This document shows positions 14,372-22,229 of a stretch of 37,184 nucleotides of DNA, piece by piece (the stretch's first letter is position 1; each line of letters opens with the position of its first letter). Source of the DNA: Candidatus Moraniibacteriota bacterium (lineage in GTDB: Bacteria; Patescibacteriota; Minisyncoccia; CAIUEV01); contig VGKB01000002.1 of NCBI GenBank assembly GCA_016867255.1, forward strand, positions 1 through 37,184, in the 5' to 3' direction. Position numbers and translations under genes: made by a program. The notes beneath the pieces are model-generated. The model did not search any database. It was not told the origin of the DNA and saw only the letters and a list, made by a program, of their open reading frames with translations.

Positions 14372-14533
14372 TTGACAAAACCGTAGTTATTTTGATAATA
14401 AAAGGTTGCCTGATTGGAACTTGCGGCTCAAGTTCCGGGGCGACAGGTTCTTTATAAAACATATTCCTTAGCCAAAAAAGATATCCGCCCCTGGCGGAAA
14501 ACCCAACAACCCGATACCCATAAGGAGGAGTTT
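14372..14533 (+). promoter_or_regulatory. Promoter (TTGACA-17 nt-ATAATA) plus structured leader, family member D
   Basis: GTTGCC (14405-14410) pairs with GGCGAC (14439-14444) and encloses an inserted hairpin GGAACTTG-cggct-CAAGTTCC (14416-14436). Then AGGTTCTTTATAAAAC and hairpin CCGCC-cct-GGCGG. SD AAGGAGG precedes ATG 14534. Confidence 0.6.
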
Positions 14534-15328
14534 ATGAACAGATTCTGGAAAATCTACATCGTGGCGCTGATCGTCCTGATCGGCGTCTTCTGGGGAATTA
14601 TCTCCACCTGCATAGACAGGGGCTTACACCTGATAGGATCTAAGTTGAGTAGCACGGGCGAACAACAAAGAACTCCGCCAAAATCCCCGATAGAAGTTTG
14701 GGGCGGCTGGATCGGTTTGGAGACCTTAGTTGATAAGGAAGGCAATCCAGTTTGGTCGCCGGCTTACTATGTCAACCCGAAATTGTTTCAGGTTCCCGTA
14801 GATCAAGTTGGGCACTTGATTGTTCCCCTGCCTCCCATATCGGTAAACTGCGAAATAAATGTGGGGAGGAATTTCTGGCTGCACAGAGAGACAGTTATTG
14901 ACAAACTTGAGAAAGAAGGGGGCATCCCTGTTGAGAAAAAAGAGGTGACAACGGGATTTAAGTCGCCTCAGCTCAAGTTCGAACAACCCCCTGAATTCTT
15001 GTTTCCAAGAGTAATAAGGGCATACTTTGACCACCTCAAATGGCTAAACGAGCAATTCGATGAGGCCATTAAGAAATACTCAGATAAACAAGTGGCGAGG
15101 GACGCCCAAAAACACGGGAAGGAAGAAGAGCTTAAGGAAAACATCCGTAAACTCCGCCAAGACAGCGAAGAGTTGCAGAAGTACCGGAAATGGCTGGGAA
15201 AATGCGAGGACTATGTCCTTGTTTTGGCGAAGAGAAAAATATCTGACTCCCGCCTCATGAATGTCGTGTGGGAGTTCTACGTTATACGCAAGGACAGGCT
15301 TGATGAGGAATTGAATAGGGATAAGTAG
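14534..15328 (+). CDS. N-terminally anchored protein with charged coiled-coil-like C-terminus, function unknown
   Basis: Preferred start is MNRFWKIYIVALIVLIGVFWGII, which has SD AAGGAGG 6 nt upstream. The track's TTG start at 14414 would translate the conserved leader. Confidence 0.7.
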   Translation: MNRFWKIYIVALIVLIGVFWGIISTCIDRGLHLIGSKLSSTGEQQRTPPKSPIEVWGGWIGLETLVDKEGNPVWSPAYYVNPKLFQVPVDQVGHLIVPLPPISVNCEINVGRNFWLHRETVIDKLEKEGGIPVEKKEVTTGFKSPQLKFEQPPEFLFPRVIRAYFDHLKWLNEQFDEAIKKYSDKQVARDAQKHGKEEELKENIRKLRQDSEELQKYRKWLGKCEDYVLVLAKRKISDSRLMNVVWEFYVIRKDRLDEELNRDK

Positions 15329-15348
15329 GGCGCGTTGTCGGCAACTTC

Positions 15349-15387
15349 AGGCGGGATTTATCCCGCCTTCTTTATTTGTTTATTTTT
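15349..15387 (+). terminator. Rho-independent terminator
   Basis: AGGCGGGA-ttta-TCCCGCCT followed by tctttatttgtttattttt. Overlaps the 3' end of the convergent vapC. Confidence 0.75.
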
Positions 15388-15761
15388 AAACCCTTAATTA
15401 CCTTCTTAAGTTTTTCGTCAAAAGTTACTATTTGGTACTGATCGCTCAAGCACACAAGCGAAACATCCACAAATGAAAGATTCTTGCCTGAGCTTCTTTC
15501 AAAACGTCGGACCGTTTCCCAAAATAAATCTTCCGCCGAAAATAAAATCCTCACGTCTTCATTGTCAACAATTTCGGCTAGAAACATATTGGCTATTTTC
15601 TTGGAGCTCTTAGCCGAAAGCACGGTACAGGTTTCCATAATTACGTACTCTGTCACAGCAATTGGAAAAGCAATGCCCCCAAGAAGCTTTCTGGCCCTTT
15701 GATGCAGACTGTCTTTTTCGTGAAAAAACGCAATCCACACGCTCGAGTCTATTACTTTCAT
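15372..15761 (-). CDS. vapC: PIN-domain toxin (VapC family)
   Basis: N-terminal MKVIDSSVWIAFF with the first catalytic Asp, further acidic residues (MET, NEDV, FVDV), 129 aa, 4-nt overlap with the upstream antitoxin gene. Confidence 0.8.
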   Translation of the reverse strand: MKVIDSSVWIAFFHEKDSLHQRARKLLGGIAFPIAVTEYVIMETCTVLSAKSSKKIANMFLAEIVDNEDVRILFSAEDLFWETVRRFERSSGKNLSFVDVSLVCLSDQYQIVTFDEKLKKVIKGLKINK

Positions 15762-15997
15762 ACGCCGTACACTATTTTATCAATCTTTTTGCTTAGATTT
15801 CTATCTTTAGACTTAAATTTGATTTTTTCAAGATCTCTGAAGGTATATCTCGGTTTTACCAAGTTCCCTATAGGCTCAATACGGAAAACCGGTTTAGAGC
15901 TTCTAACTACAATAAAGGAGCTGCCTGCCAAAGCCTCACAGGAGATCCTTCTTAAATCCTTATGTAATTTTTTAATGCCGATTATTTGCGCTTCCAT
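15758..15997 (-). CDS. Phd/YefM-like antitoxin
   Basis: 79 aa. The N-terminal pattern IGIKKLHKDLRRISCEALAGSSFIVVRSSKPVFRIEPI resembles Phd/YefM. Coupled to the PIN gene. Confidence 0.65.
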   Translation of the reverse strand: MEAQIIGIKKLHKDLRRISCEALAGSSFIVVRSSKPVFRIEPIGNLVKPRYTFRDLEKIKFKSKDRNLSKKIDKIVYGV

Positions 15998-16011
15998 AAG
16001 ATTTAATTAAA

Positions 16012-16064
16012 AAGGTTAAACTTTAAGTTCACTTATAGTTTAACCTTCATTTTGTTTTTGTCAA
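16012..16064 (-). promoter_or_regulatory. Promoter of the antitoxin-PIN operon with a 10-bp inverted repeat (operator and/or pilD terminator)
   Basis: Minus-strand TTGACA (16059-16064), 16 nt, TAAACT (16037-16042). AAGGTTAAAC (16012-16021) pairs with GTTTAACCTT (16038-16047) and overlaps the -10. Confidence 0.5.
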
Positions 16065-16066
16065 CC

Positions 16067-17125
16067 TCACGGAAAAAGAAGTGAAAGAAACGCACCGAGA
16101 ATGAGAAACGGCCCGAACGGCAGGGCGGTTTTCATCTGGGCGCGGCCAAAAAGCATTAAAACTAAGCCAACCACCGCTCCTGTCTGGAAAGCAAAAAAGA
16201 GCGCCACCAGCGTCTTCCCAACTCCCAAAAAAAGCCCCAGTAAAAACGCCAGCTGGACATCTCCCCTGCCCATCCAAGTCTCCCGGCTTACCCAAACGAT
16301 AAAATAAAAGAAACCGGCGGCAAAAATCCCCGCGGCGAGGCCCGCAAACGTTCGGGATTCCGCCAAAAGGGATAAATACGGATACTCCGCCGGCGTAAAA
16401 AAAAGCGCCTTGAGATGAATCGCCCGCGCGTAAAAATCCGCCGGCGCGAGCCAAAAAGTCTCCAAAAAACCCGGCGGGATAACCCTTAATCCGGCAAGGC
16501 CAGCGGCGTATTCCTTTATCTTCAAGATTAAAATTTGATTTTTGGAAGCTAAAATGCCGATAAAAAGTCCAATGTCCGCGACAAAATTAAACGCCAAAGA
16601 AAAAATAATTCCCCAGATAACATAGGCATCCGGAATCAGCATATGCTTAAGATCATAGACAAAGATAGCAATTAGCGCCGCCGCCACAGCAAAAACGAAA
16701 ATCAGTTCAAAAAACTTCCATCCGGCGTCAAGGGACGCAAGTGAAACGTTTACGCCCACTTTTTCTAAAAGCGTTTTGGTCCCTAATACGCCGAAAAAAT
16801 GGCCCAGCCAATCGTTCCAATAATTATTAAGTGAGAAATAAACAATACCAAGAAACAACACGCCCGTCGCGCCTTCCACCAAAGGGTACTGCCGGCTGAT
16901 TTTACGGCGGCAAAAGCGGCAGCGGCCGCTCAATATGAGAAAACTTAAAAGTGGGATGTTATCCTGCCACGGGAGCTGCCTCCTGCAGTGAGGGCAAAAC
17001 GACCGTCCGCCAATTCCCCTTCCCTTTTCGGTGCGATAGATTACGACATTGAGAAAACTGCCGGCAATAAGGCCGAGCAAAGCGCTAAAAAAATACGGCA
17101 CGGCATTAGAAAGAATTTCTAACAT
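16067..17125 (-). CDS. pilD: Prepilin peptidase (type IV leader peptidase/N-methyltransferase, A24 family)
   Basis: Zn-binding N-terminal segment CPHCRRQLPWQDNIPLLSFLILSGRCRFCRRKISRQYPLVE and catalytic region MGRGDVQLAFLLG. Start taken at MLEILS (17125); the track's ATG at 17185 lies inside the long hairpin element. Confidence 0.9.
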   Translation of the reverse strand: MLEILSNAVPYFFSALLGLIAGSFLNVVIYRTEKGRGIGGRSFCPHCRRQLPWQDNIPLLSFLILSGRCRFCRRKISRQYPLVEGATGVLFLGIVYFSLNNYWNDWLGHFFGVLGTKTLLEKVGVNVSLASLDAGWKFFELIFVFAVAAALIAIFVYDLKHMLIPDAYVIWGIIFSLAFNFVADIGLFIGILASKNQILILKIKEYAAGLAGLRVIPPGFLETFWLAPADFYARAIHLKALFFTPAEYPYLSLLAESRTFAGLAAGIFAAGFFYFIVWVSRETWMGRGDVQLAFLLGLFLGVGKTLVALFFAFQTGAVVGLVLMLFGRAQMKTALPFGPFLILGAFLSLLFP

Positions 17126-17136
17126 TTTGATATTCT

Positions 17137-17279
17137 GATGGTTACAAAACTCAATTTTTTTAATTTTTTTGTATCTAGCTCGCATTGCAGTTAATGCCTC
17201 TCAGGCGACCTGCCCGCCGAAGCCTCGGCGCAGGCGGGCGTCCCACAAAAAAATTAAAATGGGGAGTTTTGTAACCATC
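17137..17279. repeat. 143-nt long-hairpin (inverted-repeat) element
   Basis: GATGGTTACAAAACTC (17137-17152) pairs perfectly with GAGTTTTGTAACCATC (17264-17279). Pairing continues through ttttaatttttttgt / acaaaaaaattaaaa. The apex holds GC-rich hairpins (GCATT..AATGC; GAC-ct-GCCCGCC..GGCGGGC-GTC). Confidence 0.8.
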
Positions 17280-17287
17280 TAATTCAA

Positions 17288-17584
17288 TTATATTACCACC
17301 TTTATCTCTTTCACCGTAACCCCCTTGTTTTTCAGCTCTGCCATTGTCTCTTCCTTCCGCAAATAAATTTCCTGCCTTTGCGCTGCGGAAGCAGTCTTTA
17401 TTTTCAAAATCCCGTCCCGATAGGAAACCAGCTGAACCCCTTCCAAATGTTTCCTGGCATTTCCTAACTTTTTCAAGATATTTGCGGCCTGGCCGGCCTG
17501 TACCGCCCTTAATAAATGCGGCTTCTTTATGCTTCCGCCAAGCCCCACGCCTAATTTTGGGATTCTACGCGCCTTAAAATACAT
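17288..17584 (-). CDS. DUF721 / DciA-like small protein
   Basis: 98 aa. The pattern LEGVQLVSYRDGILKIKTASAAQRQEIYLRKEETMAELKNKG resembles the DUF721 core (..dG.L.v.v.ssaw.qEL......i...l). Lies directly downstream of dnaE. Confidence 0.5.
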   Translation of the reverse strand: MYFKARRIPKLGVGLGGSIKKPHLLRAVQAGQAANILKKLGNARKHLEGVQLVSYRDGILKIKTASAAQRQEIYLRKEETMAELKNKGVTVKEIKVVI

Positions 17585-17603
17585 AAAATTAAATTACAAA
17601 ATA

Positions 17604-17660
17604 CAAAGTGTAAAGTTACAAAAAAAATACCCCTCCCATTTTTTGTAACTTTGTACTTTG
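17604..17660 (-). terminator. Long AT-rich hairpin after dnaE (terminator or attenuator)
   Basis: caaagtgtaaagttacaaaaaa pairs with ttttttgtaactttgtactttg (2 mismatches). On the minus strand it is followed by tattttgtaatttaatttt. Confidence 0.5.
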
Positions 17661-17664
17661 CGCT

Positions 17665-20600
17665 TTATTCTCCTTCCCATCTCACCCTTCCTTCCCCTAA
17701 AATATCCACCAATTGTTTCTTTAAAGTTTCGGTAAATTTTACCAAATATTGCGTCCTATAATCATTTACGACATTTTTTCCACCATTTTTAATCTTCAAA
17801 ATTACCGGGATTTTCCCTTTTGCGGAATTACCCAAGACTAAGTTTAACCGTGGAATCACTAACTCGGCGTTAAGCGACTTATCAAGATGGAGAAAAACTT
17901 CCCCTGATTTGATGATTTCCAAAAGAGAAGCACCTCCATGCCCCTTTGTTGCCACACTTTTATCTTTTTTAAAAAGATTTTTCTTTGATTTGACTGGACC
18001 AGCCGCGTTTGTTTGACTATTGGAATTTCCTTGAAACTGCCTGCCCGTCCCTGCCTCGCCGGCAGGCGGGCGGTAGGCGGGGGAATTTGGAACTTTCTTG
18101 GCTATTTGTCCCTCCTCCGCCATTTTGGCAAATTCCGCAAGCGGGTATCCCTTTTCCACTAATACTTTAATACTGTCGTCTTTAGTGCTGACTCGTCCTT
18201 CAACCACTAGTTTCGCCCCCGAAAACCACAGCGCCTGATTCTCCGCGTAAGTACGCGGAAAAACAATCACTTCCAGCCGGCCGCTCAGATCTTCAATTTC
18301 CGCAAAAACCATTAAATCATTGGCCTTTGTGTAAATTTTCTTCACTCTTCCCACCACTCCAGCCACCCGGACCGGCCTCCGATCATCCTTCATCGTAAGC
18401 GCGCTGATTCCTGCCGCGTATTTTTCCATCAACTCCCGGTACTCATCCAAGGGATGGCCGGAGACAAAAAGCCCCAGTAATTCCTTTTCCCATTTTAGCC
18501 GCTCCTCGTCACTAGCCGCTTCCCCCGGAACCAAAGTAATGTCGTGGGTCGTCTCGCCAAAAAGCCCTTGCAGCTGCGCTTTCTCAGTTTGCTGTTTGTG
18601 AAATTGCAAAAACCGGTCCAGATTGGAGAGTAAAAGCCCCCTTTCGCCAAACTCCTTCATCGCTCCCGCCCTAATCAAGCTTTCCAGTGATTTTTTGTTT
18701 AGGTCTTTGTCCTGAATCCTCTTTAGAAAATCGCCGATACCCTTGAATTCTCCGTTCCTTCGCCTCTCGCTTACAATCATTTCCACAATATGATCCCCCA
18801 CGTTTTTTACGGCCTTGAGCCCAAACCTGATTAGCTGTTTTTTTTCTTTTCCTTTTTTTTCTTCCTCATCAATTACCGTAAAGTTGCCAAAACTCTGGTT
18901 TACCGAGGGCGGTAAAACCGCAATGCCTAGCTGGCGGCACTCTTCCACTTCAATGGCAATCCGGTCAATGTCATTCTGGTCCGCCGTAAGGAGCGCCGCC
19001 ATAAATTCCGCTGGATAATTCCCTTTGAGGTAGGCCGTTTGGTAGCCAATCATGGCGTAGCAGGCCGCGTGGCTGCGATTGAATCCGTATTGGGCAAACT
19101 TTTCCATATCGGAAAAAGCTTTCTCGGCAATTCTCTTCCCCACCCCATTTTTCACACAGCCCCTGACAAAATCCTCCCGCAGTTTCAAAATTAGCTCCGG
19201 AATTTTTTTGCCCATTCCCTTTCTTAAAGTATCCGCTTCTCCGCCGGTAAATCCAGCCATATCCTTGCTAAGCTGCATTACCTGTTCCTGATAAACAATC
19301 ACGCCGTAGGTGTTCTTGAGCGCCTGTTCCATAGAAGGATGTTCATAGTGGATGCTTCTCTCTCCGTGCTTGCGGGCAATAAATTCGTCCACCATTCCCG
19401 AGTTAAGCGGACCGGGGCGGTAGAGAGCCGCCATCGCGATCAAATCTTCAAAAGAAGTGGGATGCAGTTTCCTAAGGTAGCGGCGCATGCCGGAGGACTC
19501 ATACTGGAAAAAGCCGGTAGTCTCGCCCTTTTGAAAAAGCGCGAATGCCTTGGGGTCGTTAAGCGGGATATTGCTCAGGTCAATTTCCGCGCCGTAGCGG
19601 TGTTTGATAATATTCACTGTGTTTTGTAGAAGCGTCAGGTTTTTAAGCCCCAAAAAATCCATTTTCAAAAGCCCCACTTTTTCCACTGATTTCATTTCAT
19701 ATTGGGTGATAACCGTCTTGTCTTCATTAGAAGCGTATTGGAGGGGAGCGAAATTCGTGAGCTCCTCCGGCGCGATCACTACGCCGCAGGCGTGGCGGGA
19801 GGCGTGGCGGGCCACTCCTTCCAATCGCTTGGCGTTGTCAATAAGTTTGGTAATGGCAGGATCTTTTTCGTAAATTTCCTGGAGATCGGACGCCGCGGCA
19901 AGGGCTTCCTTGAAATTCATCATCATGGGAACCATTTTGGCCACCCGGTCGCAAAGTTCGTAAGGGTAGCCCAAAACCCGGCCCACGTCGCGCACTGAGG
20001 CTCGCGCCGCCATCGTCCCAAAAGTGATAATTTGCGCCACTTTTTCCCGTCCATAATTTTCCGCCACGTAATCAATCACTTCGTCGCGGCGGTTGTCCGC
20101 GAAATCCACGTCAATATCCGGCATGCTTATCCGGTCCGGATTTAAGAAACGTTCAAAAAGGAGGTCGTATTTGATTGGGTCTATTTCAGTAATTCCCAGC
20201 AAAAAGGAAATGAGACTGCCCGCCGCCGAGCCCCGACCCGGCCCCACTACAATTCCCTGCCCCTTGGCCCAATTAACGAAGTCCTGCACAATTAAAAGAT
20301 AGGAAGCAAACCCCATGCGTTTAATTGTTTCAATTTCGTAATTAAAACGTTCGCGAATTTCCTTGTCCGCCTCTTTTAGATTTTTGCCAAAACGCCTCTG
20401 CATTCCAATGTCGCACAATTCTAAAAGGTAGGATTCCGGGGTCTTTTCCCGCGGGGTGGGAAAGGCCGGCAGAAACGACTTGCCTAAAGGGATTTCCAAA
20501 TTGCACTCCGCAGCAATTTTTTGGCTGTTCTCCACCGCTTCCGGCACATCCAAAAAATTGCTGCGGATTTCTTCGCCGGTGCGAAAATGCAAATTAAATT

Positions 20601-21315
20601 CTCTCAGCGACAGCCGGTCTGTATCTTCCACCTTCTTCCCCGACTGGACGCAAAGTAAAATATCCTGCGCCTCTTTGTCATCCGGCCGCACATAATGGAC
20701 ATCGGAAGTCGCGATTAGCGGAGCGCCGGTTTTCCGCGCCAGCGCCTTCAGCCGTTCATTTATCGTTTTATACTGCTCGTGGGGTTGGAGTTCCAGATAA
20801 AAATTCCCCTTCCCGAAAATTTCCTGATATTCCCAAACAGCTCTTTCGGCTTTCTCAATTTTTCCTAATTCCAAAAACCGCGGGACTTCCCCGGCACCGC
20901 AGGCGGAAAGGGCAATAATCCCCTCCGCGTAACTTCTAAGTATTTTTTTGTCTATTCGCGGCTTGTAGTAAAACCCTTCCAAATGGCCAATCGTCACAAT
21001 CTTCAAAAGATTGCGGTAGCCGGTCTGGTTTTTGGAAAGCAAGACTAGGTGGCGATATTTTTCCCCGTTTTTGGCTTGGTTTTTCTTTTTATGGTCTTCC
21101 GTCAAATACACTTCGCAGCCAATAATCGGTTTTATCCCCGCTTCGCGGGCTTTCTCGTAAAACTCAATCGCCCCGTACATATTGCCGTGATCGGTAAGCG
21201 CCAAAGCCGGCATGCCGAGCTCTTTGGCCCGGTTTACTAACTCTCCGATTTTCGCCATCCCGTCTAACAAAGAATAGTGGGAATGGACATGAAGATGAAC
21301 AAAGGACTTAGACAT
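17665..21315 (-). CDS. dnaE: DNA polymerase III alpha subunit
   Basis: PHP domain FVHLHVHSHYSLLDG, polymerase core (PDIDVDF, GLLKMDFLGLKNL), HhH and OB-fold regions. 1216 aa, with a low-complexity linker before the C-terminal domain. Confidence 0.97.
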   Translation of the reverse strand: MSKSFVHLHVHSHYSLLDGMAKIGELVNRAKELGMPALALTDHGNMYGAIEFYEKAREAGIKPIIGCEVYLTEDHKKKNQAKNGEKYRHLVLLSKNQTGYRNLLKIVTIGHLEGFYYKPRIDKKILRSYAEGIIALSACGAGEVPRFLELGKIEKAERAVWEYQEIFGKGNFYLELQPHEQYKTINERLKALARKTGAPLIATSDVHYVRPDDKEAQDILLCVQSGKKVEDTDRLSLREFNLHFRTGEEIRSNFLDVPEAVENSQKIAAECNLEIPLGKSFLPAFPTPREKTPESYLLELCDIGMQRRFGKNLKEADKEIRERFNYEIETIKRMGFASYLLIVQDFVNWAKGQGIVVGPGRGSAAGSLISFLLGITEIDPIKYDLLFERFLNPDRISMPDIDVDFADNRRDEVIDYVAENYGREKVAQIITFGTMAARASVRDVGRVLGYPYELCDRVAKMVPMMMNFKEALAAASDLQEIYEKDPAITKLIDNAKRLEGVARHASRHACGVVIAPEELTNFAPLQYASNEDKTVITQYEMKSVEKVGLLKMDFLGLKNLTLLQNTVNIIKHRYGAEIDLSNIPLNDPKAFALFQKGETTGFFQYESSGMRRYLRKLHPTSFEDLIAMAALYRPGPLNSGMVDEFIARKHGERSIHYEHPSMEQALKNTYGVIVYQEQVMQLSKDMAGFTGGEADTLRKGMGKKIPELILKLREDFVRGCVKNGVGKRIAEKAFSDMEKFAQYGFNRSHAACYAMIGYQTAYLKGNYPAEFMAALLTADQNDIDRIAIEVEECRQLGIAVLPPSVNQSFGNFTVIDEEEKKGKEKKQLIRFGLKAVKNVGDHIVEMIVSERRRNGEFKGIGDFLKRIQDKDLNKKSLESLIRAGAMKEFGERGLLLSNLDRFLQFHKQQTEKAQLQGLFGETTHDITLVPGEAASDEERLKWEKELLGLFVSGHPLDEYRELMEKYAAGISALTMKDDRRPVRVAGVVGRVKKIYTKANDLMVFAEIEDLSGRLEVIVFPRTYAENQALWFSGAKLVVEGRVSTKDDSIKVLVEKGYPLAEFAKMAEEGQIAKKVPNSPAYRPPAGEAGTGRQFQGNSNSQTNAAGPVKSKKNLFKKDKSVATKGHGGASLLEIIKSGEVFLHLDKSLNAELVIPRLNLVLGNSAKGKIPVILKIKNGGKNVVNDYRTQYLVKFTETLKKQLVDILGEGRVRWEGE

Positions 21316-21565
21316 AATTGTTCTTCTTGAAAATAAAATCTGATAAATCCTAAATTGAAAATGCTAAGTTCCAAAAAACTCTAAATCTCAAGCACTAATT
21401 TAGGATTTGGTGCTTAGCGCGATTTGTAGCTTAGAATTTTTAATTTAGTGCTTTGAAACCATAAGATCGGTTTCGATATTCAATATTATTAAACAAGCAA
21501 ACCGGAAGAATTAACAAATGTGTAATTTATCTATATTATTACATCAGTAAATCATAAAATAAAAA

Positions 21566-22186
21566 ATGCTGGAGCAAGCAGGTCGTTTTTTGGTTAGAGA
21601 AAAATACCTGGACCCGCGATACAAAAACCAATTAGAAGAATGGGAGAAGCAAAAAATAGCGGAGGCGGAAAAAAAAGTCGCAAACCTCGGGCGCTACCGG
21701 ACGATCAAGGCGCGGGCGGCGATGGCGAAAGAAGAAATTGAAAAATTTGAGGAAGGCATAAAATACGGGGGGAAAATTTTTTTTCCGCTCCTTTTCGCCT
21801 GCGCTTTAGCCACCGACTTTGCCGATTCGCTCCCGGTCTTTATTGACAAGCTCATAAAAATTGCCGCTCTGGCGGTCATTTGGTACAACATTCTCGTAAA
21901 AGGAAGCGCTCCGGGCTATCTGGACCCCAAATATCGGGTGGAGATTAGCTTTCGCGTCCGCCTGATTATGCGCCTCCTCGGCTTGGCCGATCTTCTTCCT
22001 TTTATTGATGTTTTACCTCTGACTACCCTTTCGGTCTTTATCGTCTGGATTCGCGTTCGCAGGCAAATCCGGGAGCGAAAAAGGGGGTTTGAAGAGCAGG
22101 AGCAGAAGGGCTCCGCCATTGCCGATTCCGGGAATCAAGCCGGGCAACAACTCCAACAGGAAGAACCCCAACGACTTGCCGCTTAA
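21566..22186 (+). CDS. Membrane protein (about 3 TM), function unknown
   Basis: Charged N-terminal helix, hydrophobic segments (IFFPLLFACALATDF, IAALAVIWYNILV, LPLTTLSVFIVWI) and a Gln/Glu-rich tail. Confidence 0.65.
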   Translation: MLEQAGRFLVREKYLDPRYKNQLEEWEKQKIAEAEKKVANLGRYRTIKARAAMAKEEIEKFEEGIKYGGKIFFPLLFACALATDFADSLPVFIDKLIKIAALAVIWYNILVKGSAPGYLDPKYRVEISFRVRLIMRLLGLADLLPFIDVLPLTTLSVFIVWIRVRRQIRERKRGFEEQEQKGSAIADSGNQAGQQLQQEEPQRLAA

Positions 22187-22229
22187 ACAGAGCAAAGACA
22201 TAAAAAACAATCAAAAACAAATTAAAACA

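Noticed and set aside
14414-14533. TTG-initiated 40-codon extension of the 14534..15328 gene
   Set aside because: It would translate the conserved leader motif and its hairpins. ATG 14534 has an AAGGAGG SD and starts directly with the membrane anchor.
16047-16454. 135-aa ORF overlapping pilD in another frame of the same strand
   Set aside because: The Gly/Arg/Pro-rich translation is an off-frame reading of a GC-richer membrane-protein gene. The pilD frame carries the diagnostic motifs.
17126-17185. 20-codon N-terminal extension of pilD (MRARYKKIKKIEFCNHQNIK), and the analogous 51-codon TTG extension of ftsQ (28905..29057)
   Set aside because: Both extensions read through noncoding repeat structures (the 143-nt hairpin element and the heptamer tract) and add no recognisable protein features.
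18815-21240. Numerous 60-100-aa ORFs antisense to dnaE, and similar ones antisense to the kinase, rel, rnj, the large membrane protein and the sugar transferase
   Set aside because: They lie inside long, motif-verified genes on the opposite strand, have low-complexity translations and no ribosome-binding sites. They are typical shadow ORFs.
22089-22229. Upstream extension of the large membrane protein overlapping the preceding gene by 98 nt
   Set aside because: The extension is low-complexity basic sequence. The internal ATG 22230 gives a canonical signal-like N-terminus. The extension cannot be fully excluded.
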